A stretch of DNA of 42,888 nt, taken from IMG/VR virus record IMGVR_UViG_3300025838_000008; one strand, 5' to 3'. The position numbers and the translations under genes are program-made. Positions 25,301 to 33,922 of this stretch are shown here, one piece after another (within the stretch, counting starts at the first letter, position 1; the number at the start of each line of letters is the position of its first letter). A model generated the notes under the pieces. It did not search any database, was not told the DNA's origin, and worked only from the letters and a program-made list of their open reading frames with translations. The DNA is from a virus.

Positions 25301-28300
25301 CTCGTCGAGAGTTTTTTGGTTTTCTTCGATTTTGTTGCGAAGCCCACGCGCCGAAAGAAAGTCGATCGCTCCTTGAATCGCTCCTTGTTCGCCACCAGCC
25401 ATGTACCCCTTTGCCGCGGCACGCGCAATGGGGTCGTTGGTGAGCCCGCTCAAACGGAAGTGCCAGTTGCCAATTTCGTCGGAACCGACAACGCCGCCTT
25501 TGGACCCTCGTGGGGCGGTTGCGTAATCCATTGAGTTCGTGATGCTGACCGGCAACCCTTCGTCGGTGCGAATCCCCTTTACCTCGTCGCCCAAGTAAGT
25601 CGAGCCGTGGCTGAGATACGCACTAACGCGGTCACCAAATGATGTGTCCCATGTCCCACGTTGGGCTAGTTCGTGCGCGTAATCAAGAATGTCGTTGGGC
25701 GTGAGCGCGCGGTACAAGCCGACGCGCAGACCATTGGCCCACTTGATCGCAGGAAAGGCGTGGATGACGGCGAGATAGCGGTCGCGCTTGTTGAGCAACG
25801 ACGCGTCTTTGCCTTGCCAAAAACTGTCGTGCCAGATTTCTTCCGGGACGTCGGTGGCAAGGGCGTCGAACAAACGCTTGGCGTCAAGCATGTTGATTTC
25901 GCTAATGCCTTTGGCGCTGTCGGGGATCAGCCCTTGCGTCTGAGCTTTGCGAAGCAACGGCCCCCACGTGTCGAGCGGATTGCCAAATTCGTCCAAATTG
26001 TCGACAGAGTTTGCGCGGTTGAGAACCGCCATGACTCGAGATTCTTGGCGTGCGTTGAGCGCACCTTCGGCGGTGCGCGCCATCCCCGATTGCACCAGTG
26101 ATTTGATGCCGTTGCGCAAAACGAAGTTGAGATCTTCTTCGCCAGCAAAACGGAACGCAAACCCCGAGCGCAACAACAACGCCGGCTTCCAGTACGCCGA
26201 CATGAATTTGTCTACCCACTGAGCGTTGAGCCCTGCGTGAAACAACGACATGAACCACGATTTCTTCGCAAACTTGTACCACTCGCGGAAATCCGGCAAC
26301 GACATGGCATCGGCAAATTGCGTGGTCAACAACGCGGCCGGAATGCGCGGCCCTTCGCGGTCAAAAGGGTTGACAATGAGGTCGTTGTCGTCGGTGCCGT
26401 AGGCGCGCGCTTGCCAACGCTCCATGAAATCGCGTCCGGCTTGCGAGTCAGTGACGCCCGAAACGTATGCCATGTTGTTGATAAGCCCCATGACAAAGGC
26501 GCGTTGGAGCCCGCGTTCTTCGGTGGGAATCGCTGCGTACCCATTTATTGCGGCAGCGACGTCTTGCTTTGGCAACGCGAACGACGCGAGCCGTTCGATT
26601 GTTGTCAGGTTGTTAGGCGCAAGCGCTTCCGGGGATTCAATGGCCCCGGCCTTGAATAAGGCTTTGGCGGCGTCGGTCGGATCCGCGCCAAACGAAATGA
26701 ACTTTTGCAACGGCACGAGCGTCGTGACGCGCTGAGTAAAGCGCACCGGCGCGGTCAACGGCAACGCGGCTTTGGCGTCAGCAATGCCTTCTTCGGTCAA
26801 TTGCGGCCCGAGCAATTCGGTCGATGCCTGAGTTGGTGTCAACTTGTCAATGTTGAAACGTCGGCCAGTCCAGCCGGTCGATTCCGCATCAAAGCCCATG
26901 ATCTTGTCGCGGATCGCTTGGGGCAGCGTGACGTGAGGGAACACCGTGGAGTTGTGGAAGAACTTGCCCGAACGCCCCATAAAGGTTTGCACCATCGCGT
27001 CGGACGACGCCATCATTTGCGCAATAGCCGTTTCGGGGTGCCCTTCGTCAGCCGCTTTTTTGATTTCGGGGAACCAGCGCGCGATTTGGTCGATTTGGCC
27101 TTGGCTTTCAATGGGTACGCCGGCTTCGCGCGCGAGGGCGATGTTGGGTTCGTCGGTGACAAGTTCACCGTTGCGCATGAACGGCGTGACCAACGAACGC
27201 GCGGCTTTGACGGCGAAGTCTTGCGCCGAAGGGACGTTGGCATAATGCGCCATGACGTCCTCGGCAGTTCCGGCGCTTTGGAACGTCGCCATCGAGTGAA
27301 TGGCAGATTTGTACGCGCCCGCTCCGACCAACGCTTGCTGCAAAGGGTTGCCGTACCACGAAACAAACCCATCGGCTACACCCGACAATGGGTGAATCGC
27401 TGCGCCAAACGGGGCCATCGTTGTTGACTGGTCGACAGTTTCACCGGACAATTGGCTTGCGGCAATGCCGGCGGCTCCTGAACCAAGGATCCCCGTGGCG
27501 GCGACGGTGCGCGCGGTGCCAAGCCCTGAAACGATGCCGCGCACGCCGCCGGCGGCTTCGGCCCCGCCTTCGGCAGCGCCAGCGGTGCCACCGGACACAG
27601 CAACGGCACCAATTTCGCCACCGATCGTCGCGGCTTGGGCGGCAACGGGCGTGATGTTGTCAAGCGCGGAATTGCTACCAGGCTCGAGCTTCTTGAACTG
27701 TGTGGGGTTGAGGCCGCCGAACACCATCTGGCCCAATGACAAGTGCGAGTCGGACAGCAATTGAACGGCTTGGCCGAAATCTTTGTTGGACTGAATTAGC
27801 CCGTAGGCGTTGGCGCGTTCGTTAGCGGGCAATGACGCGAGGGTCGCTTGCAGCGAACCCGTGGCTGCGTAAGTTTTGGCAAGTTGAAGGGTCGCGTCGT
27901 CAGGGATAAGAAATTTCTTGACGTAGGCGAGGGCTTCGGGCTGGAAAGACGATTGCCCGTTGGACACGCTGTTCCAGTGTTGGAGAATGTCAACGGGGTT
28001 GAGGACTTCGTACCACTTGTCCCACCCGTTTGAGGACGGCGAGTTTAGGATTTGGTCTTGCGCGTTGGCGAAAGAGGCGCGCTCGAGTTGACCAATCGGC
28101 GCGGCGGCTGCGTTGAAAACGTCACCTGCGTAGTGCGCGACTTCGCCCACGGTGTCGTGTAGCGCCGTTGACCCAGCGTGCCGAATGTCGTCAAGGCCGT
28201 GGACAAACGTGTTCCAGATTCCGCTGCCTTGTGGCGCGGGGGCGGTGGGAGGCTTGTACCCGAATGACCCGATCAGTGATTTGACGGCGTTGCTGGCTTT

Positions 28301-28531
28301 GTTCCACCACTGAGTCTGAAATTCCTCAGACTGTTGGGTGAGTTCAGTTGACAGCGATTGCGCGAGGGCCGCTTGCTGCGTAGCGATGGCTTTGACCGAG
28401 GCGTCAATGGGACCGTTGGCGGTTGCGGCGACGCCAGCCACGGCGTCGGGGGTCAGCAAAGGGGCTGAATTGGTTGCGGCCGAAACGTTGGAAGCGTTGA
28501 TGGCGGGGTCGTTGGGTTGAAGAATCGTCAC
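22340..28531 (-). CDS. giant virion-associated protein (2063 aa; internal/ejection or tape-measure-like)
   Basis: Single uninterrupted ORF with a 4-nt overlap with the upstream gene. Gly/Ala-rich hydrophobic stretch GGEIGAVAVSGGTAGAAEGGAEAAGG...GILGSGAAGIAASQL. A coiled-coil segment lies around AELRERLPQFEESHANAVSAERTAVENLNRIKSEL. No catalytic motif confidently recognised. Confidence 0.6.
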   Translation of the reverse strand: MTILQPNDPAINASNVSAATNSAPLLTPDAVAGVAATANGPIDASVKAIATQQAALAQSLSTELTQQSEEFQTQWWNKASNAVKSLIGSFGYKPPTAPAPQGSGIWNTFVHGLDDIRHAGSTALHDTVGEVAHYAGDVFNAAAAPIGQLERASFANAQDQILNSPSSNGWDKWYEVLNPVDILQHWNSVSNGQSSFQPEALAYVKKFLIPDDATLQLAKTYAATGSLQATLASLPANERANAYGLIQSNKDFGQAVQLLSDSHLSLGQMVFGGLNPTQFKKLEPGSNSALDNITPVAAQAATIGGEIGAVAVSGGTAGAAEGGAEAAGGVRGIVSGLGTARTVAATGILGSGAAGIAASQLSGETVDQSTTMAPFGAAIHPLSGVADGFVSWYGNPLQQALVGAGAYKSAIHSMATFQSAGTAEDVMAHYANVPSAQDFAVKAARSLVTPFMRNGELVTDEPNIALAREAGVPIESQGQIDQIARWFPEIKKAADEGHPETAIAQMMASSDAMVQTFMGRSGKFFHNSTVFPHVTLPQAIRDKIMGFDAESTGWTGRRFNIDKLTPTQASTELLGPQLTEEGIADAKAALPLTAPVRFTQRVTTLVPLQKFISFGADPTDAAKALFKAGAIESPEALAPNNLTTIERLASFALPKQDVAAAINGYAAIPTEERGLQRAFVMGLINNMAYVSGVTDSQAGRDFMERWQARAYGTDDNDLIVNPFDREGPRIPAALLTTQFADAMSLPDFREWYKFAKKSWFMSLFHAGLNAQWVDKFMSAYWKPALLLRSGFAFRFAGEEDLNFVLRNGIKSLVQSGMARTAEGALNARQESRVMAVLNRANSVDNLDEFGNPLDTWGPLLRKAQTQGLIPDSAKGISEINMLDAKRLFDALATDVPEEIWHDSFWQGKDASLLNKRDRYLAVIHAFPAIKWANGLRVGLYRALTPNDILDYAHELAQRGTWDTSFGDRVSAYLSHGSTYLGDEVKGIRTDEGLPVSITNSMDYATAPRGSKGGVVGSDEIGNWHFRLSGLTNDPIARAAAKGYMAGGEQGAIQGAIDFLSARGLRNKIEENQKTLDEHMASFSGKGNPEQEERTKELLGYAKSLQGRLTRHESLLKNSPRYSSVNGERVLTGETTRDLAIRQWAEDVWREVKTLTFTPHGQDFEDVDGEAQRIPVAGESEPIRLPDTVPGRMFWQIVNGDTGRPINLADESTAYFGVPKGHVRLFHGRNVDATTGADFSTEVAPGRSWSPSYERASRHAGEDGDVYQIDVPAKNLKAYYKYHPHAPDDVITAQEDARLAELRERLPQFEESHANAVSAERTAVENLNRIKSELGSAKEASAAIKDVHIAQKNLKTLDAQLTSAREQLAAGSSGDVLDRHIRGLMDDQQAGANTFGKPPKHMGSFESGDIGLAKSSEETKRTIIGEIARTGERGMPGVTPDTSELSRIESIHVPENITAPARIVTIKGANPVASIVDKGMRAIVGRPADWMSRQPAFLYNYAMSRREVDALLKARGIVDKSGDLAHEISMERATNETITYLHDPRARSQFAEVTRNLMPFWFAQEQWYKRWSRLFGTYPEAWYKLQQTMNGLRSVGFVTKDSYGQDSFVYPGSQAMLHLLSKVFGADLPVSVGLTGEINQLNPSLATGAEPWPAWGPIATIPMIVAGGLFPSTDGLVQKMLGPSAPPVNEHGNWKTDAINQLLPSIEYRTQQWLTSSIANQASNPTVQSIYMQSMIQAAQYLEANGHGLPANANPTQTQNYIDRISNWAQNLMLFRTMAGFFGPATPTFKFNDNGLGAQLQALLANTNSTFTYSDAIAAFIKAHPNATAYTLFSSTTAGDRESGTYVPATEAAANWLTSNATFVSNYPQLAPWLMPASTAQGAFSGTAYQQELNLHLRGERPLYDAIGHTGWYNQLKYSEGANVYFPMEAAVKTAEAQPGADVATLRQEWHNWSTSFKNSHPIFASMLTDPTAKNRRTAIIGEINQALVADALPQGELSQRLGELMAVYNQTVDAYNQTAGNSAYAQQHREAKLQMIAYGNAFAQDYPVVAPLWNGVLSQNVPG

Positions 28532-29016
28532 AGAACCGGCCCGCTGCTTGTGGTGGTCGCGGCCTTTTCAGCGAGAGCGCGCAGCGTGGGTGAGTTGACC
28601 GCTTGGGCCGCGTTTTGGAGAATCGACAGTACCGATTGGTCGGGCGTGCCGGCGTTGGGAACCGCAAGCGCGGCGGTGGGACCTGGTGCCAACGGAGATC
28701 CGGCGGTGACGTGTTCCCACGGGCGTTCGGTTGGCGCGTTGAGCGGCGTTACGGGGTTGGCCGCTAAGTGCTGCGCAATGGCGACGTGGGCATTGTGCGC
28801 GACCGGTGTGACACCAGCCGGCATCGGGGTTTGAGCTGCGGCGTCGGTCAGCGCCGTGGCTTCGCCGTATTGCATCGGCCCACCAGCACCAGCGGCCGCG
28901 GCTTGAGCCGACATGACGCCACGCGGTCCACCGTTGGGTTGCGGCGACGGGTTGGGGACGCCAGTGGCGATTCCATCGGCGCGAACTTGAGGGCGTGGGG
29001 GTGCTTTGCGCGGCAT
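28528..29016 (-). CDS. hypothetical Pro/Ala-rich protein
   Basis: ORF-track 162 aa. Coupled starts and stops on both sides. Confidence 0.5.
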   Translation of the reverse strand: MPRKAPPRPQVRADGIATGVPNPSPQPNGGPRGVMSAQAAAAGAGGPMQYGEATALTDAAAQTPMPAGVTPVAHNAHVAIAQHLAANPVTPLNAPTERPWEHVTAGSPLAPGPTAALAVPNAGTPDQSVLSILQNAAQAVNSPTLRALAEKAATTTSSGPVL

Positions 29017-29219
29017 CAGTTACCTTCAATCGCGACCATTGCGTGCGTCATCCCGTAACGAGGTTCGGGGTGGCCGTCCTCCCACGCACATTGGTGAGTC
29101 GGAACAGCCACCGGTTCGCCGGACGCTGGCACAATTGAAAATCCGTACATCATGGCGGGGCACCGCTGCGGTTCGGCGGTGCGTTCGAGAACGGCGTTGA
29201 TGGAATCGAGTTCGTTCAT
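29016..29219 (-). CDS. hypothetical small protein
   Basis: ORF-track 67 aa. ATGA overlap with the portal stop. Confidence 0.5.
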   Translation of the reverse strand: MNELDSINAVLERTAEPQRCPAMMYGFSIVPASGEPVAVPTHQCAWEDGHPEPRYGMTHAMVAIEGN

Positions 29220-31060
29220 GTCGCGTTCGGGCTCACGTTGATGTTCATGCCTTGGACGACGTGACGGAAGTTCATCAAAGCGGGGTTCGGCGGGGGGACC
29301 GAATCGGGAGCGCCGCCTTGCTGCGGTCCACCGTTGGCGGCAAGCATCGCAGCCATGCCTGACGGAAGCGGAGATCCGTCCGGTCCTGTCGGCGGTTGAG
29401 GCGCACCGGGGCTGCCCGGAGCGGGCGCGGCGGTCTGCGCTTCGGCCATCGCGTCGATGAAGGCTTTGGCAAGCGTTTCCCCCGTTTCCAGTTTGGAGAG
29501 AAAGTGAGCGACCGTGACGGCGGTGACCGGCGACCCCGGAGTCGCGATTTCTTGCACGATTCCCCCGAGCAGCGCATCTTCGACTTTTTGGATGGCGACT
29601 TTTTGGCCCATTGCTTTCGAGTCGCCCACTAAAGGGTGCATGTCGCGCGCGGTGTCGCGGTCAATGACGTCGGTGGCCGTGAGTTGCGTGATGGCGACGG
29701 CGAGGCGGTTGGGGTCAGACCCCGGCATCGTGTAATGGACCACGTTGTCATCGCGCTTCAAGTGCTTTTCGGGCGTGTAAGTGACCGTCTTGGACGACCC
29801 CGGCAATCCTAGGTAGACCGTGCGCTTGCGCTTGGGGAAGTACCCGTTTTCAACAGCGACGACGGCACGGTTTACTTCGGCCAAGGCGTATTGCATGATG
29901 ACGTTGAGTTCTGCCGCCATTGGGTTTGCCGCGAAATCGCCCAGCGCGTCGACGCCAGCGCCCGTGCGCATTCCCCCGTTGGATCCGGCGTACAACTGGC
30001 TTGCGCCCGACGTCCCTCGAATGTGCTGGTCGACCATTTGCAACATGGGGATGGTGCCGGGACCAGGTTCCTTAGAAATTGTTTCGACCACGCCGTCGAT
30101 GACGACGTTGACTTTTCCGGTGCGACCGTCTTTCCACTCGTTACCGAGCAACTTGGGCGGCGTTCCGGTGCGCGACAACACCACCATGTCAGGGAAGATT
30201 GCTTTTTCGGTCGCCACCATTTGCAGGTTGAGCATTCGGGAGTACGTGTCCGACAGCCCAATGATGCCGTTCATCTGGCCCATGATGCGGTTCATGGTCA
30301 CTCGACGCGGAACGACGGCGGGCACGATGCCTGCCTTGTTGGGGTATCGCGAAAGTTCGACCGTCATTGACGGCTGCGGAATGGCGACGTTCATCACTTG
30401 GTTTGGGCTTTGCGGCCCAATGACGCCGATGACGATGTAGTCCTCGTCCAGCCACTCGACGACGTTCCACAAGGTTTCCCATTGCTGGTTTCCTTGGCCG
30501 ATCCATTTGGGGGCTGTCGGGAAATGGTCGCGGATCCACGCGGCTGAGCGCGGAAACACAAAGCCCACGTTCTTTGGCGTGCGAATGTCGTCAGCGGCTC
30601 GGAGTTCGGGGTACGCGGTCAACGGATCGCGGAGTTGAATGTCGACGCGCTGGTTCTTTTCGTCGGGGACGACGACAAAGCAAAAAGTTCCGTACCCGGC
30701 GGCGTGGCGATACGCGCGTCCGAGTTTGATTTGCAACTGCGATTCGTGCCATGCGCTGTAGAGAACGCCCTGGCGGATCTCCGCGATTTTGGAACTGGCG
30801 GGGTCGTCGGGGTTTTCGATGGGGCAAGTGATTTTGGGAAGATTGGCGTTGGCAATACGCGCCACGCCGTCGATACCTTCGACAAAGAAGTTTGGGCCCG
30901 GGCGGTTGGCGGCGGGAATGCCCGTGACGTCGGGCTGCAAAACGACCAAATCGCCGTTGTAACGCAACTGCGTTGCGGTCATTTGGCGAATGAAAGGGTC
31001 GTCGGCCATCATGCGTTGTCGCATGATCGACGCGATTTGGTCGATCGAGTAGTAGGCCAT
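29216..31060 (-). CDS. portal protein (positional)
   Basis: 614 aa from ATG 31060, which shares one base with the terminase stop (TAATG). The size and position directly after TerL fit a portal. The ORF-track start at 31093 would overlap the terminase. Confidence 0.6.
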   Translation of the reverse strand: MAYYSIDQIASIMRQRMMADDPFIRQMTATQLRYNGDLVVLQPDVTGIPAANRPGPNFFVEGIDGVARIANANLPKITCPIENPDDPASSKIAEIRQGVLYSAWHESQLQIKLGRAYRHAAGYGTFCFVVVPDEKNQRVDIQLRDPLTAYPELRAADDIRTPKNVGFVFPRSAAWIRDHFPTAPKWIGQGNQQWETLWNVVEWLDEDYIVIGVIGPQSPNQVMNVAIPQPSMTVELSRYPNKAGIVPAVVPRRVTMNRIMGQMNGIIGLSDTYSRMLNLQMVATEKAIFPDMVVLSRTGTPPKLLGNEWKDGRTGKVNVVIDGVVETISKEPGPGTIPMLQMVDQHIRGTSGASQLYAGSNGGMRTGAGVDALGDFAANPMAAELNVIMQYALAEVNRAVVAVENGYFPKRKRTVYLGLPGSSKTVTYTPEKHLKRDDNVVHYTMPGSDPNRLAVAITQLTATDVIDRDTARDMHPLVGDSKAMGQKVAIQKVEDALLGGIVQEIATPGSPVTAVTVAHFLSKLETGETLAKAFIDAMAEAQTAAPAPGSPGAPQPPTGPDGSPLPSGMAAMLAANGGPQQGGAPDSVPPPNPALMNFRHVVQGMNINVSPNAT

Positions 31061-33195
31061 TAGGCCCCGACCTTGTAACTTGGCGGCGTCCAAATTGGTG
31101 TCATCGGTGGCCGCGCTCCTTCTCCGAGGTTCACTACTGCGCCATCGTACATGGTGACCGCGCTAAGTCCTTGTCTGGTCCATTGTTCGCCGTAGGTGCT
31201 TTCCGCCACGTCGCGCAAGTTTTTCCACACGAGGTAGCAGAACCACAAACTCATTAGTGAGTCCTGCCGAAGTCGACGCGTGGGAATGTCCGAACGCCAC
31301 GACATGAGTTGGTCGAACAGAAGCGCCATGTCCGTGTCGTTTTCGGTGACGCGAGGGAAACGGATTTCTCCGCGCACGATGGCGTTCATCATTGGGGGAA
31401 TTCCCATTGACTCGTCGAGCTTGTTGCGCCCGGTGTGGTGAGGAACTGCCGAAAACCCGAATTGCTCTTGGATTTTGAGGAACGCGTCGTCGGTGAGGAA
31501 CGTTGATTGGAGCGTGTTGTTTTCGATTACCCAATAGTCGGGGCCGAACTTGGCACTCGAGGTTTCGATTTCTTGAAAAATGCGCTGGCTGGTGGTTGCC
31601 TTGAACAAGTCTTTGGTGTTGATGACGTACAGGTAGTCCGCGTCGTAAGCGCAGTACGTGAAAGCTGCGTGCGCGTGGAGACTGGGATCGAGCCCGGCGA
31701 TGCGCCCAATGCCCAACGTCTGTCCGTCGACAATGGTTTGACCGACGACGCGCTCGCGGTCAGTGGCTTTGCCAATGTCGTCGGCCGTGACGTATGCCTC
31801 TTGCGACGATTGGGGCTGCATCATGTAGACGCGGCTCCATTGGTCCTCGCCAATCTTGGCGCGGCGCTGGGCCAAGTCCTCGTCGTCCCAGCCAAGTTGG
31901 TTGCCTTTGTCGTCGCACAACGGCGCGCGGTCGCCGTTTGGCAGGTCAATCCATTGACGAGGAAAGTTTGACTGGAATCCGACCGGCTTGCTGAGGTCGA
32001 GCGCGGGGATGCACACGAACTCGTCCAAAAATCCGGGGATTTTTTCCATTTCTTCGTACACGTCGCCCTTGGCAACGCGGTTGCAAATGAAGATGATGCG
32101 TCCGTTTTTGCCCGGTCGAGTGATGACGTCGCCCTGGATGATTTCAAGGAAACGCTTGGTGTCGCCTTTGGTTTTGAGCGATTGAATGTCGTCGAGAACG
32201 ATCCAGTCCCAGCGCGCACCACGAATCTGACCGGTAATGCCGACTGTGACGACCGAGGGGTCGGCCTCGTCGTGGGTGGATTTTGCCAACGTGATTTCGT
32301 CGGCGTTCCATTTTTTGCTTCTTTCACCGCTCGGTGGTTGGAACGGCCCAAAATGCGCGTACAAAGGGGGGATTTTTGAGGCGTTGTCCCATTCCAAGCG
32401 CCGTTGTAGGCGTCCCATCTGCTTTCGAGCGAAGTCTTGGTTTTCCCCGATGTACGCGAAACGCACGTCGGGGTTCGCGCAAAGTTCGGCCACCATAATG
32501 TCGTTCAGACTGGTGGACTTCATCCATTCGGGCGGTATCTGAATCATGGTGATGCCACCGAGAGGGGCGTTTTCGATGGCCTCAAACAGTTTCCAGATGT
32601 GGGGGAACGTGTCGAAATTGAAGTACGCCTTGCGGAAAGCGGCCCAATACGCCGCGCGAGTCTTGAATTGCTCGGGGCGAACCGGCTCGAAGTCGTCGTG
32701 GTTGGGCCGCGGAGTCTCGAGCTCGGCCATCATCCGGCGGCGTTCGGCTTCCGCCATCGCTTCGGCGGCTTGACGCTTGAATTTTGGCGAGTTGTATTGC
32801 CACGCATACCAGGTTTGGGTCGATCGTTTGACCTCGCGCATGGCGTCGGCGGGTGCCATGCCCGCGCTGACGAGTTTGAGAACCTTCATTTTTGCCATGT
32901 CCGCGGCGTCGGAGCGCTGTTTGCGCCCGAAGTTCAACCCTTCGACGTTGAAATTGCTGATTTCGGTGCGCTTGGTTTCGGGCAGTTTGTCCAGAACGTC
33001 CTGCAAATCGTTGGCGATTTTGGTTTCAGCCGGCGTGGGCGGCGTGTTCGCCGCGGCAGCTGCGCGCGCGGCACGGTTGGCGGCGGCGGCGGCACGGGCT
33101 TTTTTGAGAGATTCGAGTTGTTTCGCTCGAGCGGCAACGGGATCTTTGGGCGGCGTATAGCCGGGGTAGATCTTGCGTGGTTCCTCGTCGCTCAC
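31060..33195 (-). CDS. terL: terminase large subunit with an N-terminal extension of about 190 aa that contains an HTH
   Basis: P-loop-like IQIPPEWMKSTS, Walker B WDWIVLDDIQ and a nuclease-domain-like AGLDPSLHAHAAFTYCAYD. The N-terminal MKVLKLVSAGMAPADAMREVKRSTQTWYAW looks like a small-terminase HTH. GTG start in a GTGA overlap with the whiB-like stop. Confidence 0.8.
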   Translation of the reverse strand: MSDEEPRKIYPGYTPPKDPVAARAKQLESLKKARAAAAANRAARAAAAANTPPTPAETKIANDLQDVLDKLPETKRTEISNFNVEGLNFGRKQRSDAADMAKMKVLKLVSAGMAPADAMREVKRSTQTWYAWQYNSPKFKRQAAEAMAEAERRRMMAELETPRPNHDDFEPVRPEQFKTRAAYWAAFRKAYFNFDTFPHIWKLFEAIENAPLGGITMIQIPPEWMKSTSLNDIMVAELCANPDVRFAYIGENQDFARKQMGRLQRRLEWDNASKIPPLYAHFGPFQPPSGERSKKWNADEITLAKSTHDEADPSVVTVGITGQIRGARWDWIVLDDIQSLKTKGDTKRFLEIIQGDVITRPGKNGRIIFICNRVAKGDVYEEMEKIPGFLDEFVCIPALDLSKPVGFQSNFPRQWIDLPNGDRAPLCDDKGNQLGWDDEDLAQRRAKIGEDQWSRVYMMQPQSSQEAYVTADDIGKATDRERVVGQTIVDGQTLGIGRIAGLDPSLHAHAAFTYCAYDADYLYVINTKDLFKATTSQRIFQEIETSSAKFGPDYWVIENNTLQSTFLTDDAFLKIQEQFGFSAVPHHTGRNKLDESMGIPPMMNAIVRGEIRFPRVTENDTDMALLFDQLMSWRSDIPTRRLRQDSLMSLWFCYLVWKNLRDVAESTYGEQWTRQGLSAVTMYDGAVVNLGEGARPPMTPIWTPPSYKVGA

Positions 33196-33455
33196 GACGC
33201 CAGCCTACGCCGAAGGGACCTCAATTTGCGGCGCTGGCGCGCGGACATGCCTCCCCACACGCCGAAATCCTCAAAGTTGACAAGGGCGCACTCAAGACAT
33301 TCATCTCGAACTGAACACATTGCGCAGATCGAAAGGGCTTCGTCGAGCGGTTGTTGGCTTGTGGGGAAAAAGATGTTGGGATCGGCGTTTTTGCATTGCG
33401 CGTCGTCGCGCCAATCGTGGTCTGAGCCTTGCGTCCAGCGGTTGCCATCGCCCAC
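33192..33455 (-). CDS. whiB: WhiB-family Fe-S transcription factor
   Basis: Four Cys (C..., CAMCSVRDEC), a GVWGG turn and a basic C-terminal tail RQRRKLRSLRRR: the canonical WhiB-like layout. Confidence 0.85.
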   Translation of the reverse strand: MGDGNRWTQGSDHDWRDDAQCKNADPNIFFPTSQQPLDEALSICAMCSVRDECLECALVNFEDFGVWGGMSARQRRKLRSLRRRLAS

Positions 33456-33464
33456 GAGCGAACC

Positions 33465-33605
33465 TTACAGGTCAAATGCTTCCTGATCGGGGCTTACTTG
33501 AGTGGGTTCGTGGCGTTCGCAGTAATACATGTCGTCAATGCACGCGCTTGCGAAGGTGCCGCACCCCTCGACGTCGCATACCGGAATGTCAAAATCGGTC
33601 ATCAT
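33465..33605 (-). CDS. small Cys-rich protein (46 aa)
   Basis: Hand-translated MMTDFDIPVCDVEGCGTFASACIDDMYYCERHEPTQVSPDQEAFDL. ATGA overlap with the upstream stop. C10/C15/C22/C29/H32 suggest a zinc site. Below the ORF-track cutoff. Confidence 0.45.
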   Translation of the reverse strand: MMTDFDIPVCDVEGCGTFASACIDDMYYCERHEPTQVSPDQEAFDL

Positions 33606-33871
33606 TTTTTGGTCTTTCGGGTTGCCATGCGTTCGTAGGAACGGTTGATGGCGGTTTCGATGATGCTTGCGACGGCTTTGTTGGCGTCGCGGTGCAGTTT
33701 GTCGCTGCGTTTGGTGGCATCACGCATTATTTTGGCAATGTCACAGTCAACCGGCATGTTTTCTAAGCGTGCCGTAATCGCCAAATCGACGAATTCCCTG
33801 GGCACGAGATTGTCCATCGAATCGTTTTTGGTGAGAGATTTCAATGCCGGCATGATTCCGTCGAAATTCAT
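33602..33871 (-). CDS. hypothetical protein, first (leaderless) gene of the late operon
   Basis: ATG 33871 lies 6 nt after the -10 hexamer of promoter 33878..33906 and has no SD. The ORF-track GTG at 33931 would lie upstream of that promoter. Confidence 0.5.
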   Translation of the reverse strand: MNFDGIMPALKSLTKNDSMDNLVPREFVDLAITARLENMPVDCDIAKIMRDATKRSDKLHRDANKAVASIIETAINRSYERMATRKTKK

Positions 33872-33877
33872 GCGGTC

Positions 33878-33906
33878 AAAGTAGCGCGTGGGAACGTGTT
33901 TGTCAA
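33878..33906 (-). promoter_or_regulatory. late-operon promoter (leaderless geometry)
   Basis: Minus strand: TTGACA (33906..33901), 17 nt, TACTTT (33883..33878), 6 nt, ATG 33871. Confidence 0.55.
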
Positions 33907-33919
33907 TGATATATTGACA
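33901..33919. promoter_or_regulatory. palindrome TGTCAAT-N5-ATTGACA shared by divergent promoters (candidate operator)
   Basis: 7-bp perfect arms. Each arm reads TTGACA in the outward direction. The central GATAT is part of the plus-strand extended -10. Confidence 0.55.
33907..33915 (+). promoter_or_regulatory. extended -10 promoter (TGATATATT) for leaderless HTH gene
   Basis: TGn-TATATT, 7 nt, then ATG 33923. No convincing -35 hexamer. Confidence 0.45.
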
Positions 33920-33922
33920 CTG

